Of a stretch of DNA of 25,689 bases, positions 22,901-25,689 are shown piece by piece (positions within the stretch are counted from its first letter, which is position 1; each line of letters starts with the position of its first letter). The translations under genes and the position numbers were made by a program. The notes below the pieces were generated by a model, which was given only the letters and a program-made list of their open reading frames with translations, searched no databases and was not told the origin of the DNA. This DNA comes from Utricularia gibba (Eukaryota; Plantae; Magnoliophyta): assembly GCA_002189035.1 (NCBI GenBank), contig NEEC01000128.1, forward strand, positions 1-25,689, read 5' to 3'.

Positions 22901-25689
22901 CGAAAAGTGTCTTACGTGTCCTTCCTTGGTGGCTGCGTTTAATAATGTGCTTCTCGTTCTCGAAATTGATGCAAATGGGATACACGGCAAAAGAATCAAA
23001 TAGCCACTAGAGACATGGTGTATGGGAATGGTGTATCAAGAATCAGAAGTATCATGGCAACTAATTGCATCAATCAACAGCCAAAACATATGGTGTCAAA
23101 CTTCATCGGATATGCGATCAAGATGGAAAAAAGTCACATGTTACATCATGAATTTCGTGGCATCACTTATCCCAACACTATTATACTCCAGGTACGCAAA
23201 ATGTTTACTTTTAACGAATCCAGTGCACGTGTGATTTTTCGGCTGCACCCCGAATGGTGATGCGCAATGAAATGACTATGTCGCACATCCTGGTCCACGA
23301 AGCACCTCTTCCAAAACATGCAGATGCTAACTCTTCATAGCACACCATTGGGAAGCCCTATTCGTGCTCCAAGTAGTATAATTTGGAGTTACGTTTGTCC
23401 CATAACTGTGGACATATTAAAAACAAACCACAACGAAAAGTGTCTTACGTGTCCTTCCTTGGTGGCTGCGTTTAATAATGTGCTTCTCGTTCTCGAAATT
23501 GATGCAAAAGATACACGGCAAAAGAATCAAATAGCCACTAGAGACATGGTGTATGGGAATGGTGCATCAAGAATCAGAAGTATCATGGCAACTAATTGCA
23601 TCAATCAACAGCCAAAACATATGGTGTCAAACTTCATCGGATATGCGATCAAGATGGAAAAAAGTCACATGTTACATCATGAATTTCGTGGCATCACTTA
23701 TCCCAACACTATTATACTCCAGGTACGCAAAAATGTTTACTTTTAACGAATCCAGTGCACGTGTGATTTTTAGGCTGCACCCCGAATGGTGATGCGCAAT
23801 GAAATGACTAGGTCGCACATCCTGGTCACGAAGCACCTCTTCCAAAACATGCAGATGCTAACTCTTCATAGCACACCATTGGGAAGCCCTATTCGTGCTC
23901 CAAGAAGTATAATTTGGAGTTACGTTTGTCCCATAACTGTGGACATATTAAAACAAACCACAACGAAAAGTGTCTTACGTGTCCTTCCTTGGTGGCTGCG
24001 TTTAATAATGTGCTTCTCGTTCTCGAAATTGATGCAAATGGGATACACGGCAAAAGAATCAAATAGCCACTAGAGACATGGTGTATGGGAATGGTGTATC
24101 AAGAATCAGAAGTATCATGGCAACTAATTGCATCAATCAACAGCCAAAACATATGGTGTCAAACTTCATCGGATATGCGATCAAGATGGAAAAAGTCACA
24201 TGTTACATCATGAATTTCGTGGCATCACTTATCCCAACACTATTATACTCCAGGTACGCAAAAATGTTTACTTTTAACGAATCCAGTGCACGTGTGATTT
24301 TTAGGCTGCACCCCGAATGGTGATGCGCAATGAAATGACTAGGTCGCACATCCTGGTCCGAAGCACCTCTTCCAAAACATGCAGATGCTAACTCTTCATA
24401 GCACACCATTGGGAAGCCCTATTCGTGCTCCAAGTAGTATAATTTGGAGTTACGTTTGTCCCATAACTGTGGACATATTAAAAACAAACCACAACGAAAA
24501 GTGTCTTACGTGTCCTTCCTTGGTGGCTGCGTTTAATAATGTGCTTCTCGTTCTCGAAATTGATGCAAATGGGATACACGGCAAAAGAATCAAATAGCCA
24601 CTAGAGACATGGTGTATGGGAATGGTGTATCAAGAATCAGAAGTATCATGGCAACTAATTGCATCAATCAACAAAACATATGGTGTCAAACTTCATCGGA
24701 TATGCGATCAAGATGGAAAAAAGTCACATGTTACATCATGAATTTCGTGGCATCACTTATCCCAACACTATTATACTCCAGGTACGCAAAAATGTTTACT
24801 TTTAACGAATCCAGTGCACGTGTGATTTTTAGGCTGCACCCCGAATGGTGATGCGCAATGAAATGACTATGTCGCACATCCTGGTCCACGAAGCACCTCT
24901 TCCAAAACATGCAGATGCTAACTCTTCATAGCACACCATTGGGAAGCCCTATTCGTGCTCCAAGTAGTATAATTTGGAGTTACGTTTGTCCCATAACTGT
25001 GGACATATTAAAAACAAACCACAACGAAAAGTGTCTTACGTGTCCTTCCTTGGTGGCTGCGTTTAATAATGTGCTTCTCGTTCTCGAAATTGATGCAAAA
25101 GATACACGGCAAAAGAATCAAATAGCCACTAGAGACATGGTGTATGGGAATGGTGTATCAAGAATCAGAAGTATCATGGCAACTAATTGAATCAATCAAC
25201 AGCCAAAACATATGTGTCAAACTTCATCGGATATGCGATCAAGATGGAAAAAAGTCACATGTTACATCATGAATTTCGTGGCATCACTTATCCCAACACT
25301 ATTATACTCCAGGTACGCAAAAATGTTTACTTTTAACGAATCCAGTGCACGTGTGATTTTTCGGCTGCACCCGAATGGTGATGCGCAATGAAATGACTAG
25401 GTCGCACATCCTGGTCCACGAAGCACCTCTTCCAAAACATGCAGAGCCTAACTCTTCCTAGCACACCATTGGGAAGCCCTATTCGTGCTCCAAGTAGTAT
25501 AATTTGGAGTTACGTTTGTCCCATAACTGTGGACATATTAAAAACAAACCACAACGAAAAGTGTCTTACGTGTCCTTCCTTGGTGGCTGCGTTTAATAAT
25601 GTGCTTCTCTCGTTCTCGAAATTGATGCAAACAAGATACACGGCAAAAGAATCAAATAGCCACTAGAGACATGGTGTATGGGAATGGTG
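19971..25689 (+). repeat. Subfamily-2 block of the array (copies 40-50 plus a partial 51)
   Basis: All 11 copies carry cccTattcgTgctc (SacI lost), gagttAcg and taataAtgtg. Ten carry cagatGctaac. Copies 41-50 except 47 carry ggtgTatcaag. Confidence 0.85.

Larger units (their letters stand above)
1..25689. repeat. Satellite-type tandem array, ~50 head-to-tail copies of a ~534-bp monomer, running off both window ends
   Basis: The anchor GATACACGG (or its degenerate equivalent) recurs at 1, 534, 1064, 1596, 2131, 2658, 3190, 3720, 4254, 4777, 5307, 5836, 6367, 6900, 7434, 7966, ~8471, 8856, ~9387, 9896, 10397, 10927, 11385, 11904, ~12511, 13014, 13415, 13878, 14405, 14936, 15443, 15970, 16503, 17033, 17564, ~18091, 18333, 18865, 19391, 19916, 20325, 20855, 21384, 21915, 22449, 22979, 23510, 24042, 24573, 25101 and 25635. 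Intact copies are spaced 523-535 bp and are nearly identical. No inverted copy was seen. Confidence 0.99.

Noticed and set aside
45-25666. All listed ORFs (e.g. MGMVHQESEV..., MQILTLHSTP..., MILLPCILF...)
   Set aside because: They are 60-163-aa repeated translations of the monomer in overlapping frames on both strands. Starts, stops and frames change with indels, and I recognise no protein domain.
1-25689. CRISPR array or rDNA/5S/snRNA tandem genes
   Set aside because: There are no variable spacers because the whole unit repeats, and no recognisable rRNA or snRNA sequence on either strand.

Overview
The whole 25,689-bp window is one head-to-tail satellite-type tandem array of about 50 copies of a ~534-bp monomer (~41% GC), all in the same orientation. 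I see no unique DNA, real gene, RNA gene or CRISPR array. Every ORF in the track is a short repeated translation of the monomer with shifting frames. The notable signal is inside the monomer and along the array. (1) The monomer resolves into two diverged ~230-bp subunits plus a ~75-bp partial third copy. (2) Each subunit is an imperfect ~200-215-bp fold-back running CCA...TGG, which suggests origin from a MITE/fold-back element. (3) Two monomer subfamilies replace each other from left to right, and two of their diagnostic SNPs form a compensatory A-T to T-A swap in a small hairpin. (4) A clean 124-bp deletion sits at the start of the homogeneous subfamily-2 block. Several scrambled zones, and 1-bp deletions that fall on biallelic sites, suggest a partly collapsed or low-quality long-read consensus, so copy-level details need read-level confirmation. 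The host is probably a eukaryote, but I cannot identify the organism or satellite family. All alignments, counts and folds were done by eye.
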